Of a DNA stretch of 64,000 nucleotides, positions 1-13,402 are shown piece by piece; position 1 is the stretch's first letter, and each line of letters starts with the position of its first letter. The notes under the pieces are model-generated. The model did no database searches. It had not been told where the DNA came from and saw only the letters and a list, made by a program, of their open reading frames with translations. Source of the DNA: Neocallimastix sp. 'constans' (taxonomy: Eukaryota). The stretch spans positions 1 to 64,000 of the forward strand of contig JBODTK010000143.1 in NCBI GenBank assembly GCA_050613775.1. The letters run 5' to 3'. A program made the translations under genes and the position numbers.

Positions 1-399
1 ATAAAGAATATAAAAAAAATAGGATGAAAAAAAAATAATTATTACTGATTGAAAATGTTTTATTTCTGAATTTTTTTATATTTTTTATTATTTTTTTTAA
101 TTGAAATTTTGATTATAATAAATTTTTTTAAAAAAATAAAAATTCTATATTTATATGTAATTAATTTTTGTTATTTATGTTTAATAAAATAGAATAAAAT
201 AAAACATTTTTTAAAAAAAAATTAATATTACTTATCTCTATTAAAATGTGTATTTGTAGTGTTTTAATTTTTTTAATTTTTTTATTTCTTTTTTTTTTTT
301 TAATTAAATCTTTAATACAAATTAATAAAAAAATATTAATTATAATTTATTAGTTTTTACACTAATATAAGAATAATAGAATAAAGTGATAAAAAAAAA

Positions 400-2895
400 T
401 GGAAAAATGGTTTGTTTAGGGTAAATAATTTTTTTAAATTCAATAAAATGAATAAATAAATAAGTTAAATAAATTATTTAATTTATTTATTTATTTAATT
501 ATTTTTTTTTAGGCAATAAAAAAAAATAATTTCAAAATTTTTATAATTAATAACATCATTTATTTTAAAGATTTTAAAATTTTATGATTTTAATTTTAAT
601 TTTTTTAAAATGTTGATGGTTACACAAAAAAAATAAATTAAAAAAAACATTTAAAAAAAACTAAAAAAAATTTTTTATTTTTTGGAGATTTTTTCTTTTT
701 TGTTTATTAAACCAAAATTAATTAAAAAAAAGTATATTTCATCTTAACTTATTAAACTAAATATATTAAATTTATACTATAATATATTTATTTATTCAAT
801 CTTTTATATATTAATATATATTTAAAATTTATGTAAATTTAAATTATTCATTTATACACTTTATAAATATTAAATTGATTTTAATTCTATAAAAAAAGTT
901 TTTTTTTAATGACTTTTTAAAAAAAAATAAAGTTTTTTATTTTATTCTTTTTTAATTGATATTTATTTATTTTTTTTTATGGATATAAATAAAATGAATT
1001 ATTAATTATAAATAAAATATATTTTGACAATATAAATGTTTAACTGTTAATATATGAAATAATTGATAAAGAGATAAGTTAATGATACAATAAAATATAT
1101 AAAGTTTTTAATTTATATAAAGTAAAAAAAAAAAAAAATAAATAAAAAAAAATAGTAAAAAAAAAAAAAAATGAAATAAAAAAAATGAATAAATAAAAAC
1201 CAATAAAAAAAAATGTTTTATTTACTATTCATCATTGATTTATTTTATTTATTAATTAATATCAAATAAATAAAAAAATATTATCTTTATTATCTATTTA
1301 AATATATTAAGTATTAATAGAAAATATCCTATTCAATTAATGTATTAATATTATAAATATATTTTGTATGTTTTTTTTTTTTTTTTTTTTTTTGCTATTA
1401 TTTTAATATTATCAATATACGTGCAATAATTAATTCAAGATAAAACATATATGAATTATATATAATCATAGCAGTTTGAACCGATAGCAAACCTAGTTAG
1501 TTCAATGCATTTTCAGCATATTATTGATAATCAACGAAAAAACAACATCTATTTAGCATATTCATGTTGCAGATAACTACTGTTTGGTCTAGCTAGGTTT
1601 TTACATAACTACTCTATATATATCAGTAACCTATATCAACATAGGCATAATATGGATTGAAACTATTATTATTATTATTAAATAAATATATGTGATTTTG
1701 CAACCTGAATATATAATAATATATATTATGGTTTTTTTTTTTTTTTGGTAATAAAGGCATGTGTTGATATATTTTATGATTGTAATCATTATCATATATA
1801 CATATTTAACGATAATTAATAGCATAAACAAACATACAACAACATATCTATGCAGATTAGCTCTATCCTTCAACTTCAATTAAATTAATTAATATAATTA
1901 AATTATGTACATTATTGTTCAAATATGTATTATTCAGCAGAGTTGATAATATTGATTATTTAGTTAGTTTTTTTTTTTGTGTTTATATATGTTGTTGCAA
2001 TTAATACTGGTTTTAGCCTCTATATTATATTAAAAAACCAATATCGTTTTAATATATTATTTAGATCATGTAACATTCATAATAGATATATGTACAAAAA
2101 TAGCATAAAATAGCAAATAGGCTGTATGTTTAATCAAACCCTATTTATATCATTATTATGATATATCGTTATTGTATATTAATTATACTAGCTATATTAT
2201 TTTATTAATATTTAGGACGTATATTTTAATTAATTATAATATCTATCATTGAATTATATATAAACTATAGATGCTATCGTGTTATATTAATGCTCTTAGC
2301 TATATTGTTTATATATATGTATGTGCATGATATACGGTTTATTGAAATATTTGAGCTAAACTCTTATTTAATTAATTATAGGCTCAAACCTGTTAATACA
2401 TTGATATTCTTAGCTATATTGTGTTTATTGTATGTTTTAGCTATATTTTTGTATATAAATAGTGTAGTTGGATAGTTCATTAAACACTATAGTTTTTATA
2501 GTACATTTAAATAATAATAATGCTATTTGTTATATTATAAATATATTTTAATATAAATAACATATATAAATGCATTTGAATTAAAGCTTTAAAAAATTAT
2601 CATTAATTATTATTAATATTCATAACAAAAGAATAAAAAAAATAAAAATGAATAAACTTTCTGTAGATTTGAAATGTTTTAAATTTAAGTTTTATTTAAG
2701 TAAATTTTTTTTTCATTAATATATAAACTTTTTTTTTTTTTTTTTTTTTGGAATGATTCAAATAAAAAGGTAAAAAAAAGGCATTAAACACTAAATTTTA
2801 TTATTTATTAAATATATCATTATATAATAATAATAAATAATAATAATAATAAATAAATAAATTAATAAATAAATAATAAAATAGTTAATATTTAA

Positions 2896-2953
<58 letters not shown>

Positions 2954-3900
2954 TTTAATTTTAACTTTAAAAGAAATTATTCCATCAAACTTTTATGTAC
3001 ATTTTTAATGACTAATAATTAAAAGTATTTTTATGTCTCATAACATTAATTAATTAATTTTATACTTTTTTTAAAATATAATTAATTTTTTTTATATATT
3101 AATGCTTGTATCAAATAAAATATAATAAATAAAATATATATAAATATATATAAAATTAGAATATAAAATAAAATTAGAATAAATTTATTAAAAAGAATTA
3201 AGAATAATTAAAAGTTGTTTTAAGTAAAGTGCTTTTAAATTTAAATTCAGCTTTAATTAAACCAGTATTTTTGTTTTTCTTATTTATTGTTAAATGAATC
3301 TTTTAAGAGTGATGACAAAATAAATAAAAGAAAAAAATACTAATTATTAAATATAAAATAATATAAAATAGAATTAATTATTAACTATGAAAGAAATCAA
3401 GAATGAAAATTAAATAAAAGTTTTATTTATATGATAGAAATAAAAAAAAATTTTTTTTTTAACTTTTTTAATTAATTTATAAATGAACACTTTTTAATTG
3501 AAAAAAGAAAAAAAAAATTTTTATAATAAACTTTGTATTAAATAAAAAAAAAAGATAAATATAAATATATATATATATATATATATAAATAATAATATAA
3601 ATATAAATATATAAAAATATATATATGAAATAATATAAAATAGAAATGAATAATTATTCAATATAAAATGAATACAATAAGTTAAATTTTAAATTTTTAA
3701 AATTCATTTTAATTTAAATTTAAATAATTATTTAATTTTATTCATTCTTTTTTTTTTTTAATTTAAAAGTAAATAGTTTTAAGTTATGACTCAATAAAAT
3801 GGAAGGAAGAGATATTAAACTTTAATAAAAAAAAAAAAAACTGCATTTAATTATTAACTAAAATAGATAATAAATAATATCATTTCATATGACTAAAATA
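400..3900 (+). repeat. Dispersed AT-rich repeat family R1, copy 1 (carries a 1.17-kb insertion)
   Basis: Shares colinear anchor words (gaaaaatggtttg, tgttgatggttacac, ttttggagat, aatgcatttgaattaaagc, attccatcaaac, aattcagctttaattaaaccag) with copies at ~6290-8560, 27800-36030 and, inverted, 36057-39483. No ORF. Confidence 0.85.
1366..2531 (-). mobile_element. Non-coding retroposed (SINE-like or LINE 3'-fragment) insertion with 18-bp TSD
   Basis: ATATTATAAATATATTTT occurs at 1348-1365 and 2532-2549, but only once at the empty site in R1 copy 2 (~7215-7232). A T23 tract (1371-1393) lies near the left end. Target reads TT|AAAA on the minus strand. Confidence 0.75.
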
Positions 3901-5805
3901 AATAATAAATAATAAATAATAATATGTTAAATAATAATATGTTAATTAATAATAGGATAAATAATAATATATTATATAATAATAGGATACATTATAGTAA
4001 TTAAATAATAAAATAATAATAAAATGTTTAATACATTTTTTTTTTGGTCTAGAAGAGTTCATTTCATTAAACATTTTACATTTTATTAATTAATGACTAA
4101 GTATTCATGCATCATCTATGTTTCATATTAAAAAAATTAATATTATACTTTATTTTTAAAAAAAAATTATAGTAATAAAAAAAATTTTTTTTTCCTTATA
4201 TATAATAAACTTTATATTAATAGAAAATGAGTTAATAAAATAAACTAAAAAAGTATTTTTTTTTAAAAATAATTAAAAATTAAAAAAGGAAAAAATCTTA
4301 TTCTATAGTTATTTTGAAAAAAGAGAAAATAAGATAAAAAAAAAATTAGATACATTTTTATTAAATATAATTATATTATTAATAAAAACAGATTAATAAT
4401 AAAATATAGAAAAAAGGAAATATAGAAAAAGGAAATACAGAATAGCAACAAAAGGAAGAATGAAATACAGAATAATAAAATAAAAAACAATAGTATAATG
4501 TACATTACATAAATAAGTTATAGTTTATGTACAAAATGATTAAATGATTCTTTTTTTTTTATAATTTAGTTTTTTTGTTTTATTTAAAGTTAATTGAATG
4601 AATTTTTTATTTTAATATATTTGTATTGAAGTTTTAATTACTTTTTAATATTTAATGAAGTCCAAATATTGTTTTTTTTTATAAATATAAAAGAAAGCTT
4701 TTAATTTTTGATTGTTATTTTAATTTTCATTTTAGTAAACTAAATATGTAATTTATTTATATATAAATTTCTTATAGTTTTTTTATTCTTATTTTTATTT
4801 TTTATTGTTCAAAGAAGACCTCAAATTGATATTTTTTTTTAAATTTAGAAAGAAAATTTTTGTTTTTACGATTTTTATTTTATTTAAGATTTTATTTTAA
4901 TGAACTAAATAGGCCTTGAAATATTTTAAATATTTAGAAAATAAAATTAAAAATTAAATAAATATATAAAATATTATCTTTAAAAAACAATATAAATTTA
5001 TTTATGTATATTTTTTAGTTATTTGAGCTTCCACTTTTTACCAATTTTATTGATTTTATATTTTTCATTATTAAATGAAAATCGTTATTTGATTTTTAGA
5101 TATAAAAGGAATACTTATAATATCTGACTATGATTTTATTTCTGATTTTATTTTATTAAATTAAATAGGCTTTGAATCCTTTTTTATTATTTTTAATATT
5201 CAAATTAAAAAAAATATAAAGATTTAATTTTATTTTAACTTATGCTTTAATAAATTATATTTTTTATCTTAATTTTTTTTGGTTAATTGAAATTTCAGTT
5301 TTTACCTTTTTTTTTATTTTATTTTTCTTTTTTTTTTCTTTAATTAAAGTTTTTATGATATTTAAATTATATATTTTAATATTTTTTTTAAAATATTTTT
5401 TTAAAAAAAGTATTTTTTTCATACATTGGCTCTATTCAAACTTTATCTAATTTAATAATGAATATTTTTCTATAACAATTGTAATTTCGCTCTTAATACT
5501 AAAAATAAAATCAAAAAGCATAATCAAATCAAAACAAAAATCTTTATATATCCATTAATCTAAAAAAATTTAGTCTATTCATTTATTACAATAAAAAGAA
5601 GATTAAATAATGACATGTACCTTTGTAATAGAGATAGTAGTAATGATATCCATATATTTAATCTTTTATAAATACTAATAATTAATACTCTTTTGATGAT
5701 AAATAGAATATAAAAAAGGAAGGATATCAAATAATGGGCTATTTTTCTTATTTATTTATTTATTTATTTTGGATATATATGTTGTCGTGATATAGATTAG
5801 TCCAT

Positions 5806-5890
5806 AAATATAAAATATAAAATATAAAATATAAAATATAAAATATAAAATATAAAATATAAAATATAAAATATAAAATATAAAATATAA
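5806..5890. repeat. (AAAATAT)n 7-bp tandem repeat, about 12 units
   Basis: Directly visible. Confidence 0.9.
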
Positions 5891-6289
5891 TATACTTTAA
5901 ACCTAATCACACTTACTATTTCTACTATTACATTTTAATAATGCATTAAAAATTATTTATAAATTTTTAAATAAATATAATTATAATGAATTATTATCAG
6001 AATTAATATTTAATAATTAAATGTATAATATTTTAAATATATAATGTTTAATACATTTTTTTTTGTACAAACATTTACTATAAAATAATATAAAATAAAA
6101 TTTTTTTCTTTGGTTTGTTATTATCATTAATAACAAAATAAAAAAAATTATAAAAAGTAAATATATTTATATATATATTTATTTATTCATTTACCTTTCA
6201 TATAGAGATTTATTAATTTTTTATATATACATTTATAAAATTTGTTTATTTATTTATTTTATTTTTATTTATTTATTTATTAATATAAT

Positions 6290-7566
6290 AATAAAAAATA
6301 TAAAAATGAAAAAATAAAAAAACTAAAAACAAAAAAAAAAAAAGAAGGAAAAATGGTTTGCTTTGTAAAAAAAAATTTTTTTTTTTTTAAAATGATGTAA
6401 ACAATAAAAATTTAATAAATTTATTATTTTTTTTTTTAAGGCGTTAAAAAAAAAATTAGTTTCAAAATTTATATAATTAATAACGTCATTTATTTTAAAA
6501 ATTTTATGATTTTAATTTTAATTTTAATTTTTTTAAAAACATGTTGATGGTTACACAAGAAAAATAATTTAAAAAAAAATTTTTATTAATTTTTGGAGAT
6601 TTTTTTTTTTTGTTTATTAAAACTTAAAAAAAAAAAAATTTAAATTATTTAACCAAAAAAAAAAATTAATTAATTAATTACGAAAAAAGTATATTTCACT
6701 TTACTTAAAAAACTAAATATATTTTAATTTTAATTATAATATATTTATTTATTATTTAATATATTAATATATATTTAAAATTTATATAAATTTTAAATTA
6801 TTCATTTATACACTTTTATATATATTGATTTTAATACTATAAAAAAAGTTTTTTTATGACTTTATAAAAAAAAGAAAAAAGTTTTCTATTTCATTCTTTT
6901 TTATCTTTTTTAATTGATATTTATTTTTTATTTTTTTTAAATATAAATAAAATATATTTTGACAATATAATTGTTTAACTGTTAATATATAAAATAATTG
7001 ATAAAGAGATAAATTAATAATAAAACAAAAGATATAAAGTTTTTAATTTATATAAAGTAAAAAAAAAAAAAAGTAAAAAAAAGAAAAAATGAAAAAGTAA
7101 AAACCAATAAAAAAAATGTTTTATTAAAATAAAGTTAAATAAAATATTATATTTATTATGAATTTATTATATATAAAGTATTAATAGAAAATATCCTATT
7201 CAATTATTGTATTAATATTATAAATATATTTTAATATAAATAACATATATAAATGCATTTGAATTAAAGCTTTAGAAAATTATCATTAATTATTATTAAT
7301 ATTCATAACAAAAGAATAAAAAAAATAAAAATGAATAAACTTTCTGTAGATTTGAAATGTTTTAAATTTAAGTTTTATTAAAGTAAAAAAAATTTTTTTA
7401 AGAATGATACAAATAGAAAGGTAAAAAAGAGGCATTAAACACTAAATTTTATTATTTATTAAATAGATAGATAATAATCATAATTAATTAATAAAATAGT
7501 AATAATAATAAATAAATAATTAATTAATAAAATAAATAATTAATTAATAAAATAGTTAATATTTAA

Positions 7567-7618
<52 letters not shown>

Positions 7619-8560
7619 TTTAATTTTAACTTTAAAAGAAATTATTCCATCAAACTTTTATGTACATTTTTAATGACTAATAATTAAAAGTATTTTTATG
7701 TCTCATAACATTAATTAATTAATTTTATACTTTTTTTTATATATTAATGCTTGTATCAAATAAAATATAATAAATAAAATATATATAATATAAATATATA
7801 TAAAATTAGAATATAAAATAAAATTAGAATAAATTTATTAAAAAGAATTAAGAATAATTAAAAGTTGTTTTAAGTAAAGTGCTTTTAAATTTAAATTCAG
7901 CTTTAATTAAACCAGTATTTTTGTTTTTCTTATTTATTGTTAAATGAATCTTTTAAGAATGATGACAAAATAAATAAAAGAAAAAAACACTAATTAATAA
8001 ATATAAAATAATATAAAATAGAATTAATTATTAACTATGAAAGAAATAAAGAATGAAAATTAAATAAAAGTTTTATTTAAATGAAAGAAATAAAAAAAAA
8101 ATTTTTTTTTAACTTTTTTAATTAATTTATAAATGAACACTTTTTAAATAAAAAAAGAAAAAAAAATTTATAATAAACTTTGTATTAAATAAAAAAAAAA
8201 AAGATAAATATAAATCTAAATATATATAAATAATAATATATATAAAAATATATAAAAATATATATATGAAATAATATAAAATAGAAATGAATAATTATTC
8301 AATATAAAATGAATAAAATAAGTTAAATTTTAAATTTTTAAAATTCATTTTAATTTAAATAATTATTTAATTTTATTCATTCTTTTTTTTTTTTTTAATT
8401 TAAAAGTAAAAAGTTTAAAGTTATGACACAATAAAATGGAAGGAAGAAACATTAAACTTTAATAAAAAAAAAAACTGCATTTAATTATTAACTAAAATAA
8501 TTAATAAATAATATCATTTCATATGACTAAAATAAATAATAAATAATTAAATAATTAAAT
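6290..8560 (+). repeat. Dispersed repeat family R1, copy 2 (uninterrupted)
   Basis: Colinear with 400-3900 minus the insertion. Confidence 0.85.
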
Positions 8561-9504
8561 AATTTAATTAATAAACAAAAATATCATTTAATATGACTAA
8601 TAATATGTAATTAGATAAATAATAATATCTTAAATAGTAATATGATAAATTATAGTTTTTTTTTTTCTCTCTCTCTCTTTTTCTTTCTTTTTATTTATTT
8701 ATAATTTTTATCTAATAGTATATATTATTGATTATTTTTTTTTTTTTTTATTAAATTTATTTTTCATTTTATTCATACTGGATAGAATATGCTTTTTTAT
8801 TATACTTTCTTTTGAATTTATAAACATTTTGATAATTTTTATCATTATATTTGATTATGACGCCTTTTTCGAATAGTGATATCACAAAATATGTCTTATG
8901 AAACTTTATAGAATGTTATTCTTCTTTTTCTACATCTACGATTAATGATATCACTATTATCTTTCCTAAGTTTGATCATTTTAATATTATTATATAAAAT
9001 AATAATAAATAAACGAGTATTATTTTACTTTTTATTTCTATATTTAATCCATGATGATTGAGAAATTTTAGATGGCTAAATTTATTTTATACGTTATTAC
9101 TCCAGTTATTATGTAGTAGTAGTTATTTTCTCTTTATTAAATTCATAAAAAATTTTTTAATAATCTCAAAAGAGAAAAGCTCTATATTTGTATATTAAAT
9201 AAATATGGAAATAAATATTAATTAATAAAAAATTAGATAAATAAACAAAAAAATAAAAACACCGAATTATATCCTTGAGAAAGGTTTATCACTACTACAT
9301 TGTTGATAATGTCTTACATGCCATTCAATATTTGTCTTCTTTTTTTTTTTGAATTAGATTGTTCTAGTACCTATTTTGGTTAAAAGAGACCCTAAGATTT
9401 ATCAACTATAATTATTTTCAAATAAATATTTCCATAAAGATACTATCAGTGGAGTTCAAAAAACAAAGGTCAAATCAACTAATATATTAAATTCAAATCA
9501 CATT

Positions 9505-10746
9505 ATGCATGGAGTAAATATGAATGAAAAAATAATCCATGATTCCAGGTATACCTCGTATGTAAAAGGTTATTTCGATAATTTAAAATACAGAGTTTAT
9601 ACTGTACAGAATGAAGAAGAACATAAGGAATTAATTAATAAGATAGATGAAGTACATAATGAAATAAATGAAAAAGTTAAAGTTTTCAATAAATATATAT
9701 CCCCAGAAGGCCATTATGAGGAAGCTGATCATATTATTGAGTTAATTGATAATTATAATGAATTGGTAGCTACTGAACTAAGATTGCATGATACCAATAA
9801 TAATGACATCAATTATATCTATTTATCTAATGATATGGAAACATTTGAACGATTAAATTATATGCGTAAAAAATTATTTAATAAATCAGCTTTTCAGATA
9901 ATGAAAGATAATTCCAATGAGTTTAATATTAAAGATAATGAAAATCTTGAAAATCTTGAAAATCGTATAGATAAAGATCGTGCCAAACATTACCGATTTA
10001 ATGATAAATTTGAATATGAACCATCCTTCGACGATTATAAGGTTTTAATGAAAGATAATATTAATTCTAATGAAGTCGTATTAAAGAAATTGGTCGATAC
10101 TTCAAAGAATAATAAATTATTATTAAAAATGAAAGATTCTTTTAAATTAGGGTATAAGCTTATGTTAAATGAATTATCCAATTATAGAGACCAGTTTATG
10201 GTGGATGGGATAAATGGAGTAAGTCAGCACAAAAAGATGTTCAACAATGTGAAGAATAATAACTTAAGATATTTTGAAACTCAAGAACAAACTGAAAATA
10301 GATTTAAAAATGACCTGATTTCAGAAGCAAAGTTGAATATTAATATTAACAGTAATAATTTAGATGATGTAATTATTACAATAAATAGGGATTATAATAA
10401 TATATCAATAAATATTGAAAATCAATTAGTAAATATTTGTATAAATAAAAAGAATGAACTAGTAAGATATTCTGGTAATACTCCTTCCGAATTATCTAAT
10501 GATTATAATTCGTTCACAAGTCTTTCTGAAAAGCCATTGATGAAAAACTCAAACAATAATAAAGAAGAGTATAATAAAAGATTTAATTTGAATAAAAATT
10601 TAGAAAATCACAATAGTATTCATGCATCTAAATTAAGTTCTAGTAATCCACATATTAAAAAGCCACCAAAGTTTATTGTTCATAAGAATTCCGGAACAAA
10701 ACCAGGCTCTGAAATAAAACGAAGATATTATCATAGATATTATTGA
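9505..10746 (+). CDS. Hypothetical 413-aa Asn/Lys/Glu-rich protein with basic C-terminus
   Basis: 1.24-kb open frame in DNA where stops are very frequent. The frame is open about 30 codons upstream of the ATG. No motif recognised. Confidence 0.6.
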   Translation: MHGVNMNEKIIHDSRYTSYVKGYFDNLKYRVYTVQNEEEHKELINKIDEVHNEINEKVKVFNKYISPEGHYEEADHIIELIDNYNELVATELRLHDTNNNDINYIYLSNDMETFERLNYMRKKLFNKSAFQIMKDNSNEFNIKDNENLENLENRIDKDRAKHYRFNDKFEYEPSFDDYKVLMKDNINSNEVVLKKLVDTSKNNKLLLKMKDSFKLGYKLMLNELSNYRDQFMVDGINGVSQHKKMFNNVKNNNLRYFETQEQTENRFKNDLISEAKLNININSNNLDDVIITINRDYNNISINIENQLVNICINKKNELVRYSGNTPSELSNDYNSFTSLSEKPLMKNSNNNKEEYNKRFNLNKNLENHNSIHASKLSSSNPHIKKPPKFIVHKNSGTKPGSEIKRRYYHRYY

Positions 10747-11929
10747 ATCTTAGATATATCATTTTTTATATAATATAAATATAATTTGATTTGATTTAAT
10801 TATATAATATTAACATTAAAATTATTGATTATTGTTTATTGTTTATTAGTTTTATTATTATCTATTAAAAAAAATAAATAAATAAATATATATATATATA
10901 AATAAAAAAATAATTAAATAAATAAAAATTAAATAAATAAGAAATAAATAAAAAGTAAACAAAAATTAATAAATAAAATAAAATAAATAAAATATAATAA
11001 CTCTCAGAAAAAAAAATAAAAAATATTTTATTACATAAAAAATTATTAAATAAAAAAAAAGTTTTTTATATAAAAAAATATATTTTTATTAAATTTCAAT
11101 TTTTATAAAAAAAAAATAATAAAAAGTTAAACCAATAAAAATTATAAAAAAAAATAAATTAAAATAAAACAAAAATATTTAAAATAAAAAAAAAGAAAGA
11201 AAGAAAGAAAAAAAAAGTATCTTTGAAAAAAAAAGATATTTTTTAAAACAAAATATTAATTATTTCTTAAGTGCATATATATATACAATTATTATTATAA
11301 ATATAATAATAGTACATATAAAAGCATACCCTTTTTAATTAATATTTAAAAATTTTTTGAAAAATCAATAAAATTAAATTTATATATTAATTTTCTTCTT
11401 TTTTTTAAAATAAAAAATATATATATATAACAAAAAAATAATAGCTTAAATGCTTAAATTATTGTTATTTCATATGCTTCATTTAATTGCATATTCTTAA
11501 GTGTTGAAAATATTTAAACATATTGCAAAAATTTAAATACACAAGTCTTAATATAAACATGTAAATACATGTAATTTGTATTAATAAAAATCTCAAGTTA
11601 GTAAACTTTAATTTTAAAGCAACTCTTTAATATAATATTCAACTAATAAAAGATAACATTATAAAATTTTTAATTATTTATATTATTTATTATAACCATT
11701 AAAATTATAAATTAAAATTATGGATAATCAATAAAAATATAAGAAAAAAAATTATTTCATAAATATTTTTAAATTAATCTTTTTATTTTAATGAAAATAA
11801 TTTAAATTATAAAATAAAATGATTTATTAGTTTTATTATATTAATAATTAATTTTAAAATATAGCATTATTGCATTGCTATAATACTATAATATAAAAAG
11901 GGAATTATATATATTAAAAAAATGTATTA

Positions 11930-12430
11930 ACATATAAATTATTATCTAAAATTTTTTTCAACACTTTTCTAACATGTTCATGATGTTCTTCTAAGTTATT
12001 TGAATAAATAAGAATATAAAAATATTATTGATATAGGAGATAACAAAATCATCTAAGTAGTCATTAAGAACATCATTTATAAAATGTTGAAATGTAACAG
12101 GTGCATTCTTTAACCCAAAAGGCATAACAAGATATTCATATTGTCCATAACGAGTTCTAAAAGCTGTTTTATAATCGTCGCCTTCTTTTATTCTTACTAA
12201 GTTATATGCAGATTTAAGATCTAACTTAGTAAAATATTTAGCACCTTTAACTCTATCAATTAATTCACTTATTATGGTAAAGGATATGAATTTCTAATAG
12301 TCATTTCATTTAATTTTCTATAATCAATACATAATCTCAAAGTGCCATCTTTCTTTTTAGCAAATAATACAGGGGCACCAGCTGGTGATTTGGATTTTTT
12401 AATAAATCCTTTTGCTAAGTTTTCTTTAAT
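11930..12430 (-). pseudogene. Reverse transcriptase fragment of an older host Ty3/Gypsy element
   Basis: Minus strand reads [40 protein letters not shown]...[43 protein letters not shown]. It continues the frame broken at 18329 (EEERDELKKYI). Confidence 0.9.
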
Positions 12431-13074
12431 TGTAACGGAGGTGCTTCTATTGTAAAGGCGGGATGAGATATAGAAACACAGAAAGGAGAAAACTCAATAG
12501 GTTTACACTATCTGTATAAATAATTCGTTTTATTAGAAATATTTTTTATTAATTATAAAATTTAAAATAATTATTAATATTAATCAACAAGGTAATATTT
12601 CGAATTACTTATACGTTAATTATTATTAATAAAAGCACGAAGAAAAATATTTTCATTCGTGAAGTTCGCACTATTTATACTTTTAACGGAAAAACAGTTT
12701 TAACATGTAAAAATAATTTTAAAGAAATATTTAGAAATATGTTTGTAATAATTAATAATGTAAAGTTTCTAGAATATAGATTTTAATTGATGAAAATGAA
12801 TCTTATCAAAAAAGAATAAAATAATTTATATAATAAGAATTTCTAAATTCATTTCGGTTGAATTACGAACCGAAAGAATCTTTAACTTTCTATAATTTTA
12901 TACAGAAAGAATATTCAAGAAAATATTATTAATAATTAATAAAATAATTAATAAAATAATTATTTATGCAAAATGGGTTGAGGTGTGAGTCGAACCCATG
13001 AAGTATTGGTCATGGTCAATGTAACTAACCATTGAACCAAAGTTCTAATTTTACTAACTGAAGATTTCGTTACA
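12431..13074 (-). repeat. Element A 3' LTR
   Basis: TGTAACG...CGTTACA; matches 17685-18328. Confidence 0.95.
12974..13045 (-). promoter_or_regulatory. tRNA-derived A-box/B-box segment in U3 (also at 18228-18299)
   Basis: Minus strand TGGTTCAATGG (A box) and GGTTCGACTC (B box) at tRNA-like spacing. Stems are decayed. Confidence 0.65.
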
Positions 13075-13086
13075 TGGTCCGCCTCC
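13075..13086 (-). other. Element A polypurine tract
   Basis: Minus strand GGAGGCGGA-CCA immediately precedes the 3' LTR. Element B has GAGGAGGA-CCA at the same position. Confidence 0.7.
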
Positions 13087-13402
13087 AGGATTCGGATACC
13101 AGACGAATCTAACAGTTAGGCATAACTTATACTAAAATTAAACAAACTAAACTAAACTAAACTAAATTAAAATAAAATAAAATATAATAAAATAAAAATA
13201 ATTAATTAACCATTTTATAGTACGAACTTTTTTGAATAAAATTACATGATATTAATAAAGTTACATGAATATAATATATAATAAGAATACATGAATATTA
13301 ATAATATTTAATAATATAAAATAATATTTAGTAATATTGATATTAATAAATTAATATAAGTTTGATATTAATAAAGTAAAGATTCATTTTCAAGTTTTAA
13401 TT

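Noticed and set aside
4560..5340. Degenerate ~250-bp tandem units
   Set aside because: Similarity is limited to short words in very AT-rich DNA and cannot be supported without alignment.
8872..8958. 13-bp inverted repeat AATAGTGATATCA / TGATATCACTATT
   Set aside because: Isolated, built on a self-palindromic core, with no TSD or second copy seen.
12974..13045. Functional tRNA gene
   Set aside because: Acceptor stem does not pair, T stem has two mismatches, and there is no U33. Kept only as a tRNA-derived element.
13075..13094. TGGTCC... after the left LTRs of A and B as a tRNA PBS, implying gag-pol antisense to the element
   Set aside because: TATA, R/PBS complementarity and the ORFs all point to the minus strand, where this segment is the PPT. 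Its spacing is also one nt short of a true tRNA 3' end.
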